Virus record (IMG/VR): IMGVR_UViG_3300013426_000020
From: a virus
Lineage: Duplodnaviria; Heunggongvirae; Uroviricota; Caudoviricetes
Reading direction: 5' to 3' (one strand)
DNA length: 64,000 nt
Shown: one piece after another, positions 38,787-49,187 of the stretch
Numbering within the stretch: the first letter of the stretch is position 1
How the letters are laid out: each line of letters starts with the position of its first letter
The notes under the pieces: model-generated
Told to the model about the DNA's origin: nothing
Databases searched by the model: none
The model's input: only the letters and a program-made list of their open reading frames with translations
Program-made: the position numbers and the translations under genes

Positions 38787-39050
38787 ATGAAATCATCAAT
38801 CATTATGGAAGGAAAGACAGAAAAAATATTTATTCTGTTAAATGCAGGAAATGAATATGCTGTAACTAAGCTTGTTTTGACGGACGAAGAAATCCGTAAT
38901 AATGCACTGAATGACTATGAGATATATGCAGATGACGAATATCGTATGAGAAAGTCATATGGAACACCATCAAACAGATATATAACTGACCTTGAAGTGG
39001 GTGATGAGGTTGAGATTGATGATAAACTCTATCTGTTGAGAATTGCATAA
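38787..39050 (+). CDS. hypothetical protein
   Basis: Internal ATG of ORF 38727..39050. Confidence 0.45.
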   Translation: MKSSIIMEGKTEKIFILLNAGNEYAVTKLVLTDEEIRNNALNDYEIYADDEYRMRKSYGTPSNRYITDLEVGDEVEIDDKLYLLRIA

Positions 39051-39075
39051 AAAGTTTGAAAAAATGATGCAAAGA

Positions 39076-39107
39076 TTTGGATAATTCAATTTTTATCCTT
39101 ATCTTTG
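39076..39107 (+). promoter_or_regulatory. class A promoter (copy 3)
   Basis: Nearly identical to copies 1 and 2. Confidence 0.5.
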
Positions 39108-39132
39108 TATCAAGAAATAAAAACAAAAACAA

Positions 39133-39447
39133 ATGATTATGAAAAGGACAATTACAAAGGACGAACTGATGAAGAGACTCGGGAACTTCATTTCAGTCAA
39201 AAATCTTCCTTCAAGGAATGGACAGGGAAAGGCACCAAACCAGTTTGAGTTGAAATTCGAGAATGGAAGAGTGTTCCAGTCCTATGAATCTCTCATCGGT
39301 GCAATACTCTATACCGGGGAAGTCTGTTTCACCGACAAACATGACTATTCAAACACCACGGTTCTTCATTGTAATCATTGGTCTCACACAAACACTGCAC
39401 AGAGAAGGACAGGACTTGAGTCTGGAGAATTCATCAACATAATATAA
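39133..39447 (+). CDS. hypothetical protein
   Basis: 104-aa ORF. Confidence 0.5.
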   Translation: MIMKRTITKDELMKRLGNFISVKNLPSRNGQGKAPNQFELKFENGRVFQSYESLIGAILYTGEVCFTDKHDYSNTTVLHCNHWSHTNTAQRRTGLESGEFINII

Positions 39448-39461
39448 GGGAGAACAGAGAT

Positions 39462-39878
39462 ATGAACAAGAGTATTTGCAGATCAGAACATTTCAGTAAT
39501 GAAGATGATGCTATCATGTATGTCATCGAACATGCATTGAAGGCGAACTCCAGAGACCGTGCGGTGACTCTTCCGCAGATTATAGATATGGGCATCAAAA
39601 GACACTGTTGCTGGAAAAGACCGAGGGATGGGAAGTCTGGTCATCCATGGTCGCCGAGAATATCAGTGATGATGGGTGTGGGAACTCCAGCACAGACCAG
39701 GAACAGGGAGAACATCCACCTGTTCAGAGAAAAAAGGATGTATAAAGGAAAACAGACTTACTATTACTGGGTGGATCAGTATCATGACCACAATGACATA
39801 CAGACACCCGAGAAGAAGAGTCAGATAATGACTTTCTTTGAAAGGTTCAAGAAATATGGAAACATATTCGGAAAATAA
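39462..39878 (+). CDS. hypothetical protein
   Basis: 138-aa ORF. Confidence 0.5.
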   Translation: MNKSICRSEHFSNEDDAIMYVIEHALKANSRDRAVTLPQIIDMGIKRHCCWKRPRDGKSGHPWSPRISVMMGVGTPAQTRNRENIHLFREKRMYKGKQTYYYWVDQYHDHNDIQTPEKKSQIMTFFERFKKYGNIFGK

Positions 39879-40151
39879 ATGAAGTTCAACAATAAAAAAT
39901 CTACAATCATGAAAAAGAACAGGACAGTGAGGACCATAGTCCTCGACTATGTGGAGAACAATGGTCCGCAGAGCTGGACGGATTTACACAAGGTGGTATT
40001 GATGGCGGCTTCACAGCCTATGTGGAGAAGGAACTACGGATCAAGCTATCTTGATCAGGTGTCTTACTCATCAGTGTGCTTCCCAACGAAGAACGAGAGA
40101 CGGTATCTGGTGAGATGCAATGATGGTCTCTACAGGATTACGGAGGCATAA
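39879..40151 (+). CDS. hypothetical protein
   Basis: 90-aa ORF. Confidence 0.45.
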   Translation: MKFNNKKSTIMKKNRTVRTIVLDYVENNGPQSWTDLHKVVLMAASQPMWRRNYGSSYLDQVSYSSVCFPTKNERRYLVRCNDGLYRITEA

Positions 40152-40202
40152 TTGAAGAATGGGAGACAATGAAAAATATGTCCCCTGTATAAAAAAGAAA
40201 AT

Positions 40203-40370
40203 ATGACAAAAATATGTTTCGTGTCCATCGCTGTTCTTATCCTGTTAAGGATTTCCGGTCTGATGAACATAGACTGGATATGGATACTGTCTCCATTATG
40301 GATAAGGGAACTTGTATGGATGATGAAATATATGATTGTCATTATTATGGAAGAAATACACCATAGGTAA
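40203..40370 (+). CDS. small membrane protein (55 aa, not in track)
   Basis: Hand-translated MTKICFVSIAVLILL... Confidence 0.3.
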   Translation: MTKICFVSIAVLILLRISGLMNIDWIWILSPLWIRELVWMMKYMIVIIMEEIHHR

Positions 40371-40374
40371 GATC

Positions 40375-40797
40375 ATGAAAGAAAACAAAGGGTTCAAGTC
40401 ATTTGATGAAGTGGATGAATATCTCAAGTCAGGCGGAGTGATAGGAGATTTCTATGGATTTGATGGAGAAGACGACCACAGCAACAACTTCATTGTGTAT
40501 GACGGGGAGAATGATGAGTATCTCCATAGAAGGGAAATATATGAAGACTTTTCAATAGATGGAAAGATGGAGACAAGAAGACTGAAGTTGCCAGAATTCA
40601 GGAACTGGGTGATGAATCTTGAGAATTTCAAGGACAATAAAGGCAACATCCAGACAAGTCTTTTCCACAAGAATTTTGACTGTGATATTACAGACACAAT
40701 TGAAATCTGTGAATGTAACCATGATGTTTCAGAAATGAAACCAGTGGATATGGGGTTGGTTGTTAACCCTGAAAGAATCAAGTTGTTGAATGTTTGA
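40375..40797 (+). CDS. hypothetical protein
   Basis: Internal ATG of ORF 40336..40797. Confidence 0.45.
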   Translation: MKENKGFKSFDEVDEYLKSGGVIGDFYGFDGEDDHSNNFIVYDGENDEYLHRREIYEDFSIDGKMETRRLKLPEFRNWVMNLENFKDNKGNIQTSLFHKNFDCDITDTIEICECNHDVSEMKPVDMGLVVNPERIKLLNV

Positions 40798-40841
40798 TAA
40801 TTTGACTGCTTTCAAACCAGATTTTTATTATTTTTATTTAT

Positions 40842-41099
40842 TTGGATACAATAAAGGTTATGAAAAAAGGTTGCGGAATAGAGTTCCCGTTGTGGGCAAG
40901 ATATCCGGACGCAAAGTGCATAGACGGACTGCTGTATGACATGGACAGTTGGGACAATGACCTGCAAGGATACACATCCGGAGGAGACGAGATGTGTCCG
41001 GTCTGTCATCCGGAATACTGGCTTGAATCCTGCGAGACGGAGGACGAGAGAAAAAGATGTCTCGAATGGATTGAGGGACTGAAGAAGGCATATTTGTGA
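40842..41099 (+). CDS. Cys-containing hypothetical protein
   Basis: 85 aa with CPVCHPEYW...C. Confidence 0.4.
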   Translation: MDTIKVMKKGCGIEFPLWARYPDAKCIDGLLYDMDSWDNDLQGYTSGGDEMCPVCHPEYWLESCETEDERKRCLEWIEGLKKAYL

Positions 41100-41135
41100 T
41101 GTTGTCATAATTTGTTTGTTATTTGTTTTTGTTGT

Positions 41136-41174
41136 GTTGAGGGTCTTGAGAAAAAGATCCTCAACTTTTTTTTG
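41136..41174 (+). terminator. Rho-independent terminator
   Basis: Hairpin gttgagggtcttgag...gatcctcaac followed by T9. Confidence 0.6.
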
Positions 41175-41191
41175 AAAAAGTCTGACTTTTA

Positions 41192-41223
41192 TTTGCATGT
41201 TTGAAATAATTGTTGTATCTTTG
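41192..41223 (+). promoter_or_regulatory. class A promoter
   Basis: TTTG at 41192, 20 nt, TATCTTTG at 41216, plus the canonical leader. Confidence 0.5.
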
Positions 41224-41363
41224 TATCAACAAATAAAAACAAAGACATTATGAAAAAGGTTAACATTACAATCAACACATCATCAGACAAAATGATTGAA
41301 TCACTCCGGAATCTGGCGGACTTCATAGAGGAGAATATGGAGATGTAATAGATTAAACATAAA

Positions 41364-41726
41364 ATGAATAACATGAAAATTTTTATAATCATACTGCTGG
41401 CAATCCTCGCCGGAATTGTAATAGGATTGAAGCTTGACCATATCCATCACAGAAACCAGGTTCTCGATAAGACTTTCGGTGTCAGACTGCTCGGATTCTT
41501 GCAGGACTTTCATAAGGATGCCGGACAATGGTCTCAAATGGATCAGGAGGAATATGAGTATCTCTGTATCTCAGCCATCAATGAAATAGAGAATGATTTT
41601 GATGACATCAGCAACTGGTGGTATTTCCAGAATATGGTGAAGGGATGCACTACATATACCGAATTTATAGAGAAGAAATACGATGCGGACTTTGTCAGGT
41701 TCCTGCACAACATAAGAAAGTTCTGA
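41364..41726 (+). CDS. hypothetical protein with N-terminal TM
   Basis: 120-aa ORF. Confidence 0.5.
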   Translation: MNNMKIFIIILLAILAGIVIGLKLDHIHHRNQVLDKTFGVRLLGFLQDFHKDAGQWSQMDQEEYEYLCISAINEIENDFDDISNWWYFQNMVKGCTTYTEFIEKKYDADFVRFLHNIRKF

Positions 41727-41728
41727 TT

Positions 41729-42229
41729 ATGGAAATGAAAGAAATGTGGATCTTCGTTGAATTCGGCGACAACGATTTCGCAAAGAATATGGAATATGCA
41801 GGAGACAAGTATGCCGATACATACAACAATGTCATCTTGAGAATGAAACGACTTCCGGAGATGGAGACTATGGACACAAGACTTTCAATGAAAGAATGTG
41901 TGAAAAGGATGACGGACACGGAATGCATCAAGAACATACTTGAGAATGGATATGTGATGTCATGTATCAATGACAATCTGTCTGGATACTACCCTATTCT
42001 GAAAGTTGATGATGTGATACAAAATTCAAGGACTGAGCTTGAATGCCTCGATTTGAACGGCAAGATACATATATTTGACAATGAAGATGACTGTCTGACT
42101 TACATAGTCTCACATTTTGCATCATTGCAGGACAAGGATTATGATGGAAGTTTCAATAAACTCCAGTGCAATGGCGAATGTCTCGTGATGTGGACTGACA
42201 ATGGATGGATGAGATCAAAAGTGATATAA
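41729..42229 (+). CDS. hypothetical protein
   Basis: Internal ATG of ORF 41618..42229. Confidence 0.45.
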   Translation: MEMKEMWIFVEFGDNDFAKNMEYAGDKYADTYNNVILRMKRLPEMETMDTRLSMKECVKRMTDTECIKNILENGYVMSCINDNLSGYYPILKVDDVIQNSRTELECLDLNGKIHIFDNEDDCLTYIVSHFASLQDKDYDGSFNKLQCNGECLVMWTDNGWMRSKVI

Positions 42230-42750
42230 TTTTCTTGTTCATATTTTTATTTTGTTCAGATGACCGGTGAAAGTTGATTTCACTGGTCATCTCTTTTGTC
42301 TACCAGAAGACTGATTTCATATATACCCCTGTTTGTCATTTTCAGGGGTAATACAGACACTTTCAGGTGAAAATGGTATAATTACTCATCTTGATGATTT
42401 GAACTGAAAATAGACAGGTTTCTGTGAGTTTTCTGTTTCTGACAATCAAGACTGACAAAAATGTCAATATAAAAATGAATATACTGACAAAATGTCAAAA
42501 ATAATAACTTATTGATTATCAATATTTATAACAATGATGTTTCATTTTTCATAAATTGTTATGTTATTGATTATGAATAAGATAAATTCAAAAAATGGCT
42601 CGTTTGTTATATTATATAATATATAGAATAATAATAAAATTTCTAGTTAACTATAAGAAAATAAATTATTTAAAAGAATTTTATTAAGAATTTTTTAATA
42701 GAGTTTAACAGCGGAGCTAACAGAAAATGATGATCATTTTGTCAGTTTTA

Positions 42751-42782
42751 TTTGTCAATGTCATTTTTTATTCTTATCTTTG
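42751..42782 (+). promoter_or_regulatory. class A promoter
   Basis: TTTG at 42751, 20 nt, TATCTTTG at 42775. Confidence 0.45.
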
Positions 42783-42810
42783 CATCAAGAAAAAAGAAAA
42801 AAGAAAAGAT

Positions 42811-43260
42811 ATGGGAATATTGAATGACATAGTGAAACGGGATTTGAATGGTGGTGTCAAAAAAGAAGATGAATTTGAGGTGTATTTCCCGAACAATAAC
42901 CACGGAAAGTGTATGAGACTTCTCAAGAGAGAAGAATATCATGGTGTCAATTACACTATAATGACTTCCGGAGACTATCCGTTCATCGATATTACCGTTA
43001 TGGGTGGAAATGTCGGGACAGATAATTATGTCGAGATGAATATCCGTGACCGTATGGGTCGCATAAGGACAGTGCATGTTAAGAGAATTGAAGAGTTTGG
43101 TGGATATGACAACTGGAAGATTGTATATAACTCATATTGGGACTACATTCCAAGAGTTGTGAATGGACAGGTGCATACTGTGGAAAGTCTTACGGAGGAT
43201 GCGGAATCATATATAGATCAGATTCTGCAAAAAAAGTTTGAAATTTGTTTGGAAGTTTGA
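42811..43260 (+). CDS. hypothetical protein, 'MGILxDIxxRDLxGG' N-terminal family member 1
   Basis: N-terminus MGILNDIVKRDLNGGVKKED. Confidence 0.5.
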   Translation: MGILNDIVKRDLNGGVKKEDEFEVYFPNNNHGKCMRLLKREEYHGVNYTIMTSGDYPFIDITVMGGNVGTDNYVEMNIRDRMGRIRTVHVKRIEEFGGYDNWKIVYNSYWDYIPRVVNGQVHTVESLTEDAESYIDQILQKKFEICLEV

Positions 43261-43279
43261 AATTTTTGTAGTATCTTTG
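43248..43279 (+). promoter_or_regulatory. class A promoter
   Basis: TTTG at 43248, 20 nt, TATCTTTG at 43272. Confidence 0.5.
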
Positions 43280-43311
43280 CATCAAGAAAAACAAATAAAA
43301 CAGACAAGATT

Positions 43312-43563
43312 ATGAAAGTTTACATTGCAAAGACATTGGTTGAGACTCCGGACGGTAACAGCTGTTCAGTCGAGATGTTCAAGACAAGAAGTTCCGCGAA
43401 CGAGTGGGCGTCGAATGAGATAGACACCTATGCGCAGGACTATGATGAACCGGAGATTACGAAGCATGAAGACTTCTACAGGATGTTCAACAACAAATGG
43501 GATATTTTCGGTGCGGACACGTATGTCACCATAGAGATAGAGGAAAAGGAACTTGACTTATAG
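43312..43563 (+). CDS. hypothetical protein
   Basis: 83-aa ORF. Confidence 0.5.
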   Translation: MKVYIAKTLVETPDGNSCSVEMFKTRSSANEWASNEIDTYAQDYDEPEITKHEDFYRMFNNKWDIFGADTYVTIEIEEKELDL

Positions 43564-43576
43564 GGAGGAAATCATT

Positions 43577-44098
43577 ATGAAGGCAATAAGGGCAACTAAC
43601 ATAGAATGGGACTGTGTGGATGACAGTCTCCCGAAATTCAAGGGATTCATAGTCAAGGACAACTTTGATACACCTGCAAGGGTTCCGGAAATGTTGATGA
43701 AGAAATATGGTCACAATGTGATTTCTTTGAACTTTGACGAATTCCACATAGCGGACAATATGGATGAACTGTTGAAGATAGGAGGAAGGGAACTCAAGGA
43801 AAAGGATCTTTACAAGGCTGACGGAAAGCTGTCGTCCTACGGAAAGAAATGCAGGTCTGGACTTGAAGGACTGATTGCTGAAAGGTTGAGGATGGAGTTT
43901 GAGAACATGCCGGAGGAGACCATGCCGAATATTCTCAATGAGGTGGTGCTGGGATACAGGAATGTGACTGGAAAGGAATGGGAAAAGAAGTCAGTCAAGG
44001 AACTGATGAAGTGCATAGACATGAAACTGAAGGACATGACATATGTCAATCTCAAGGATGATGAGATTGAGGAAGAGGATGAAGAAGATGAAGAATAA
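43577..44098 (+). CDS. hypothetical protein with poly-acidic C-terminus
   Basis: Ends DDEIEEEDEEDEE. Confidence 0.5.
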   Translation: MKAIRATNIEWDCVDDSLPKFKGFIVKDNFDTPARVPEMLMKKYGHNVISLNFDEFHIADNMDELLKIGGRELKEKDLYKADGKLSSYGKKCRSGLEGLIAERLRMEFENMPEETMPNILNEVVLGYRNVTGKEWEKKSVKELMKCIDMKLKDMTYVNLKDDEIEEEDEEDEE

Positions 44099-44113
44099 TA
44101 AAATGAAATAATT

Positions 44114-44719
44114 ATGGATAACTGGAAAGAATCAATAAACGGAAATAAGATAGACACCGATTATTTTATCGACTGTCTGGTGAGGGAAATTATGTCCGGA
44201 AAAGGAAGAGGTGAGATTATTTCTGGAATAGAGAAGGAATATGACTATATGACCAGACCTTATGTTGAGGCACTAAATCAGTGGGAGGAAAAACTCAAAT
44301 ATCTGGAGAACATACAGGAGGATGAAATCCACAGGGAATACGACAAATGGATCGCCCGCAGGATGAAGTCTTATGAAGAGACACTGAAGGAGAACAGAAA
44401 GACCATGAGAGATTCGAAGAATCTTCTTGAAAGGATTTCAGGAAAGGAAGTCAGCAAGGATTTCAGGGATGTGTTCTCACATATACTGGATGAATTACAG
44501 ACATTGACACGCAAGAACGAGTATATCACCGAGCAGAGAGACAGACTTGCTGGAGGGAAACTTGAGTACGATGAGACATATGAATGGTTCAAGGATGCAA
44601 AGTTCAATGAGGTCAATCATAGAGTAGACAGACTGAAGAAGGACATATCTGATTATGGGAGGATAAAGGATGATAAGATACGACTCATCAATAAGATATT
44701 TGATGAACTGAAACTGTAA
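44114..44719 (+). CDS. hypothetical protein
   Basis: 201-aa ORF. Confidence 0.5.
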   Translation: MDNWKESINGNKIDTDYFIDCLVREIMSGKGRGEIISGIEKEYDYMTRPYVEALNQWEEKLKYLENIQEDEIHREYDKWIARRMKSYEETLKENRKTMRDSKNLLERISGKEVSKDFRDVFSHILDELQTLTRKNEYITEQRDRLAGGKLEYDETYEWFKDAKFNEVNHRVDRLKKDISDYGRIKDDKIRLINKIFDELKL

Positions 44720-44758
44720 TTTTTTGTTATTTTTATTCAAAGCACAATTCTATTGGAT

Positions 44759-45388
44759 ATGAATTTTGAAAAAATAAAGGAGATACTGGGAGAAGATGGA
44801 TACAGGGATCTTGTATATGGATGTTTGCAGACTCTGGGATATATCTCACCAAAGACAGAGACAGGATACAACAGCATAGAGTATCTCACCGATACGATAA
44901 AAAGAACTATGAACACGGATGTCTCGAATATAGACGGGCAGATTTGCATACTGGAGAAGAGAATTGCCGAATATGATGACGAGTCATATGCCAGATCACA
45001 GTTTGAGTCTTTCATCAAACAGAAAAGGATATCATTGACGGGATGGAGGGATGATGTGCAGCAAAGACTGGACATCATCAACAAGTCCATCAAAAGGTTC
45101 GAAAACTGGGACTGTCCGGAGAAAGAACTCAAACAGGTTGCAGTTGAGGAGTTGAAGGAGTCATTGCCTGATGTTCAAAAGAAATGTGATGAAATAAAAG
45201 ACTTCGATTCAAGGTTCAGTAATCCAGAGAAAAAGGAAAAGGAGTTCATACAATATAAGAGAAATCTTATTGATGGATTCAAGACAAAGCTTGACACATA
45301 CAGGAAGGAAAAGGAGAGACTTGTGCTGAAGGGAGAGACAGAAATAGAATTCATAGAGAAATTCGGTGAGTTATTGAAGACATTATAA
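44759..45388 (+). CDS. hypothetical protein
   Basis: The listed ORF start at 44753 is a TTG; the first ATG is at 44759. Confidence 0.5.
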   Translation: MNFEKIKEILGEDGYRDLVYGCLQTLGYISPKTETGYNSIEYLTDTIKRTMNTDVSNIDGQICILEKRIAEYDDESYARSQFESFIKQKRISLTGWRDDVQQRLDIINKSIKRFENWDCPEKELKQVAVEELKESLPDVQKKCDEIKDFDSRFSNPEKKEKEFIQYKRNLIDGFKTKLDTYRKEKERLVLKGETEIEFIEKFGELLKTL

Positions 45389-45401
45389 AAAAGTTTATAT
45401 T

Positions 45402-45608
45402 ATGAAGAATAGATTTGTAGCTGCGGTGTTTGCATGGTTTCTGGGTGGAATTGGGATCAACAGTTTTTATACAGGTCATACAGTGAGAGGTGTGGTGGAC
45501 ATTCTTTTCTGCTGGACTGGAATTCCCGCACTGGTGAATCTGATCAGAGCATGTTGTTATCTCTGGCAGGACAATGATGAGGAGTTCAACCGAAAATACT
45601 GCATATAG
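45402..45608 (+). CDS. small membrane protein
   Basis: 68-aa ORF. Confidence 0.4.
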   Translation: MKNRFVAAVFAWFLGGIGINSFYTGHTVRGVVDILFCWTGIPALVNLIRACCYLWQDNDEEFNRKYCI

Positions 45609-45666
45609 GATTTTCCTGCGGAGACGGATGCGGAGAAAAAGAAATTGAAAGAAATTCAAAGTTTTT

Positions 45667-45698
45667 CTTGGAAGTTTGAAAAAATTGTTGTATCTTTG
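45667..45698 (+). promoter_or_regulatory. class A promoter (-33 variant CTTG)
   Basis: cTTG at 45667, 20 nt, TATCTTTG at 45691. Confidence 0.45.
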
Positions 45699-45724
45699 TA
45701 TCAACAAATAAAAACAAAGACATT

Positions 45725-45901
45725 ATGAAGACAATAATTTTTATACTTCTTGGGGTACTGACAGGAATAGGTTGCATCAATTTCTTTATCTCCGCAATCG
45801 CTTCATTGCTCGTTTTCTCCATAGGTGGACTGCTGATAAACGGACTTCTGTGCTATGCATCCGGTCTGTTGACAAAGAAGATGTTTGAAAATGCAAAATA
45901 G
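45725..45901 (+). CDS. small membrane protein (58 aa, not in track)
   Basis: Hand-translated MKTIIFILLGVLTGIGCINFF... Confidence 0.35.
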   Translation: MKTIIFILLGVLTGIGCINFFISAIASLLVFSIGGLLINGLLCYASGLLTKKMFENAK

Positions 45902-45907
45902 ATTCTT

Positions 45908-46321
45908 ATGCAGGAACTGGACACATATCAGCTGATGGAACAGCTGATGAGAAAATCAAAGGATGAGGTGGAAAATGTGATTCTGCATCTGATGCTGAAT
46001 CCGGATAAAACAAAGCGAATAGACTCCCACAGGATTCTTGATCTCTATATGAAATCCATAGAAATCCAGATTATGGACATAAAGGACAGACTGACGGAAA
46101 GCAATTCGTGTATTCTGGATCTTCTCCTCAACTTCAAGAAGGAGACTGAAAACAATTCAAAGTCCATTCACAGGGCATTGCATGATCTCAATGAGTCGAG
46201 ACAGTTCAATATGAAGAGTCTCAACGAGAAGTACGGATATGACAGGGAAAAGGACAGGTCTTTGTCATGGTATGAAAAGGAAAAGGAATATAAGGAATTT
46301 CAGTTTGACTATGATGAATAA
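45908..46321 (+). CDS. hypothetical protein
   Basis: 137-aa ORF. Confidence 0.5.
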   Translation: MQELDTYQLMEQLMRKSKDEVENVILHLMLNPDKTKRIDSHRILDLYMKSIEIQIMDIKDRLTESNSCILDLLLNFKKETENNSKSIHRALHDLNESRQFNMKSLNEKYGYDREKDRSLSWYEKEKEYKEFQFDYDE

Positions 46322-46841
46322 TGATTTTGACAAGATGTTCCTCGATTCATTGAAGATGGAACTCAACACACAGGACTGTTATGGACAAATGCAGCCATGT
46401 TATTGGATTGTGATGGAACACAGACATGTGCCGGCAAGATCATGTGATGCTGATGAATATAGAATATTTGATGACAGCACCGCATATGATGTGCAGGAAT
46501 TCATATGCAAGATAAAAGATGAAGTCTATCCGCAATTTACGGATTCGCAGAAGAAGGAATGGAATACAATCATTGATGAAGATTATCTTTGCATGGAGGA
46601 TGACATGGTTGATTTTCTCAATGGTACTGAATTTTATAGTGATTTGCAGGTTGTTCCTTATATGGAGAAGGACATTGAGAACTATGACGGTGGAATCTTT
46701 CTTACGGAGAAGGACTGTGCCGACTGGATAAAGAGAAACAAGCACAATCTGGTGGAACCGAGACCTTATGCGAAGACGATGCACGACAATCCTGTGATGT
46801 CCAGACTTATTGACATAGTGAGAAAGACCGACTGGCTTTGA
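46311..46841 (+). CDS. hypothetical protein
   Basis: Internal ATG of ORF 46239..46841. Confidence 0.45.
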   Translation: MMNNDFDKMFLDSLKMELNTQDCYGQMQPCYWIVMEHRHVPARSCDADEYRIFDDSTAYDVQEFICKIKDEVYPQFTDSQKKEWNTIIDEDYLCMEDDMVDFLNGTEFYSDLQVVPYMEKDIENYDGGIFLTEKDCADWIKRNKHNLVEPRPYAKTMHDNPVMSRLIDIVRKTDWL

Positions 46842-46869
46842 ACTGAAATCAAATGAAATATAGAGACTT

Positions 46870-47112
46870 ATGGGAAGATTCAAGAAAGGAGATATAGTGG
46901 TCAATCTATGGACAGAAAAGAAAAGTCCTGTACACAAAGGTGTATACATAGGAAACGGAACGGTGATGTTCCCTTATAAGTTTCACAGGTCTGATTTCGG
47001 TATGGACAGACTTGAGAACGATATGGAACATTTTGTGAAGGTGGGACATTGTCCTGTTGAGGATTTGTTCAAGGAGATGCTGGAACATTATACTGACAAC
47101 AAGGAGATATAG
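46870..47112 (+). CDS. hypothetical protein
   Basis: 80-aa ORF. Confidence 0.45.
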   Translation: MGRFKKGDIVVNLWTEKKSPVHKGVYIGNGTVMFPYKFHRSDFGMDRLENDMEHFVKVGHCPVEDLFKEMLEHYTDNKEI

Positions 47113-47116
47113 AAAC

Positions 47117-47302
47117 ATGATGACTTTATTGATTATACTGATGTGTCTTGTGCTTGTCCTGCTTTTGACAGGACTCAAGATATCTGATGGAATTCTGGGA
47201 ACAATTATACAGATTCTGGTAATCATACTTGCATTGACTTTCATCATCATGTTCATAGGAATGATTATGTTCATGTTTTGTTTGATATTCACATTGTTTT
47301 GA
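47117..47302 (+). CDS. small membrane protein
   Basis: Internal ATG of ORF 47057..47302. Confidence 0.4.
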   Translation: MMTLLIILMCLVLVLLLTGLKISDGILGTIIQILVIILALTFIIMFIGMIMFMFCLIFTLF

Positions 47303-48020
47303 ATTCATAATTTTTGTTTTTGTTTGCATGGAAGATCAGGAAGTGATTCTTGATCTTCTTTTTTATACACAACAGGATACAACAAACCGGGACTGACTCA
47401 AATCATTTGAAAAAAGACTGAACCAGACCAGAATTCACCGGTCAATAAACCAGAAGCAAGTATGTGATTATAAACTATTTACTGGAAAAACTGTAATTGA
47501 CTATGAAAAACTGTAATCAAGTTATGATATTTGATATCAAGAAATCAAACTATATGACTTTATTTTTGACTTGTATGAAAACTGAATGACGATTATGAAA
47601 CTCACATATGATTATATGAAACTATGATGATTATAAAGATCATATACACTATGTAACTCACACAAAAGATTTTGACTAACAAAACTTATATGGACTATAA
47701 ACTATGTTGCGATGCGAAACTTACGGAAAAACTATATGACTGAAAAATGAACCGATTGATTATACTATATAACTGATGCAAATAAACTTCATTGACTTAC
47801 AAACCGACTATATCGACTATCATACTGATGTATATAAACTTTCCGTTCAACTATTATATTTATGTGATCGACATTTTCAGTTTTTCATATTTTCTTTGAA
47901 TGTTTCAAAACAGACATTTTTCACATTTCAAGAATTTTTTCCTAAAGGGATTTTTCAAAAATGGTCAGTCAAGAGTGTACTAAAAGGGACATTTCATATA
48001 TTTCATAAAAAAGTTCATCA
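47303..48020. repeat. non-coding AT-rich region with short direct repeats (iteron-like)
   Basis: gaaaaactgtaat occurs twice (about 47480 and 47504), aaactatatgact occurs twice (about 47548 and 47730), and there are many tatgaaa/ctatat units. No ORF. Confidence 0.4.
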
Positions 48021-48024
48021 AAAA

Positions 48025-48056
48025 TTTGGAAGTTTGAAATAATTGTTGTATCTTTG
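48025..48056 (+). promoter_or_regulatory. class A promoter
   Basis: TTTG at 48025, 20 nt, TATCTTTG at 48049. Confidence 0.5.
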
Positions 48057-48082
48057 TATCAACAAATAAAAGCAAAGACATT

Positions 48083-48238
48083 ATGGAAGAGACAAAGACA
48101 ATTACTGTGAGGTTCAAGGAAACCTATATGACACATCCTGTGGAGAGAACCTGCACGAACATGACAAGGGATCAGGTCATGGACATCTACAATCTTGATG
48201 ATCCGGACATAGAGTGGTATGAATTCATAAGGGGATAA
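48083..48238 (+). CDS. small hypothetical protein (51 aa, not in track)
   Basis: Hand-translated MEETKTITVRFKETYMTHPVERTCTNM... Confidence 0.3.
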   Translation: MEETKTITVRFKETYMTHPVERTCTNMTRDQVMDIYNLDDPDIEWYEFIRG

Positions 48239-48242
48239 GGTT

Positions 48243-48530
48243 ATGTGGTATATAGAGGAATGGACTGATATGATTGGAAATGGTCATACATCAATCCTTA
48301 CAGAAGACGAGCACTCCACATTGATGTGTTCCTCAACTGTGGTCTTCAAGTCAAATGACTATAATGAGGTGAAAAAGAGATATGACGGAATGACGGAATC
48401 TGTCAAGTCAAGGACAAGAAAGGAGATACTTGAAAAGATGAGAAAGTTGAGAGACAACTCCATTGAAAGAAATGAGATACTGAATGATCTCAACAGGATA
48501 TTGAAGAAATATGAAGAAATTCTCAAATAA
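48243..48530 (+). CDS. hypothetical protein
   Basis: 95-aa ORF. Confidence 0.5.
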   Translation: MWYIEEWTDMIGNGHTSILTEDEHSTLMCSSTVVFKSNDYNEVKKRYDGMTESVKSRTRKEILEKMRKLRDNSIERNEILNDLNRILKKYEEILK

Positions 48531-48531
48531 A

Positions 48532-48563
48532 TTTGGAAGTTTGAAATAAAAGCGTTATCTTTG
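48532..48563 (+). promoter_or_regulatory. class A promoter
   Basis: TTTG at 48532, 20 nt, TATCTTTG at 48556. Confidence 0.5.
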
Positions 48564-48605
48564 TATCAACAAAAAGAAAGTCAAACAAATAAAAAATAAA
48601 GAATT

Positions 48606-49175
48606 ATGAAAGTTTATGAGATTGTCTATGTAAAGGCAAACGGAGAAATCACCACGGAGATTTTCAAGAACTTGAAAGCTGCAAGGGAAAGGATGTTGAG
48701 AATAGGAAGATGCACGGAGGAAATTGTTCGTAATGCATATAATGCTGCATCGGTCAAGATTGAAGACAACAAATACACCGTCAAGGGTTTCAATGACGAC
48801 AAAAAGACTGTCGTGGAAATCACAGTCAATGAGAAGGAAGTCAAGGAAGTAAGCAGATATGTCGTAAGAGTTCCCGTGAAGACCTATGTCGATGTACAGG
48901 TGGATGCGATGGATGAGAGTGAGGCAAAGAAGATTGCACAGGATTCCGGACTGTGGGATGAGGATCAGCTGTTGCTGAACTGTGAACCGAGTGGAGAACC
49001 AGAGATGGTGAAGACAAGAAAGGTTGAGGTTGAATGGGATGTGGATGACGAGGATGAACTTGATGATCTTCCGGAGGTTGTCGATGTTCCGGAGGACATA
49101 TGCGAGGACGATGTGGCGGACTGGCTGTCTGACAATTATGGATATTGTGTGAGTGACTGGGGATATATGGAATAA
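48606..49175 (+). CDS. hypothetical protein, acidic C-terminus
   Basis: 189-aa ORF. Confidence 0.5.
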   Translation: MKVYEIVYVKANGEITTEIFKNLKAARERMLRIGRCTEEIVRNAYNAASVKIEDNKYTVKGFNDDKKTVVEITVNEKEVKEVSRYVVRVPVKTYVDVQVDAMDESEAKKIAQDSGLWDEDQLLLNCEPSGEPEMVKTRKVEVEWDVDDEDELDDLPEVVDVPEDICEDDVADWLSDNYGYCVSDWGYME

Positions 49176-49187
49176 AGAAATAAGCAG

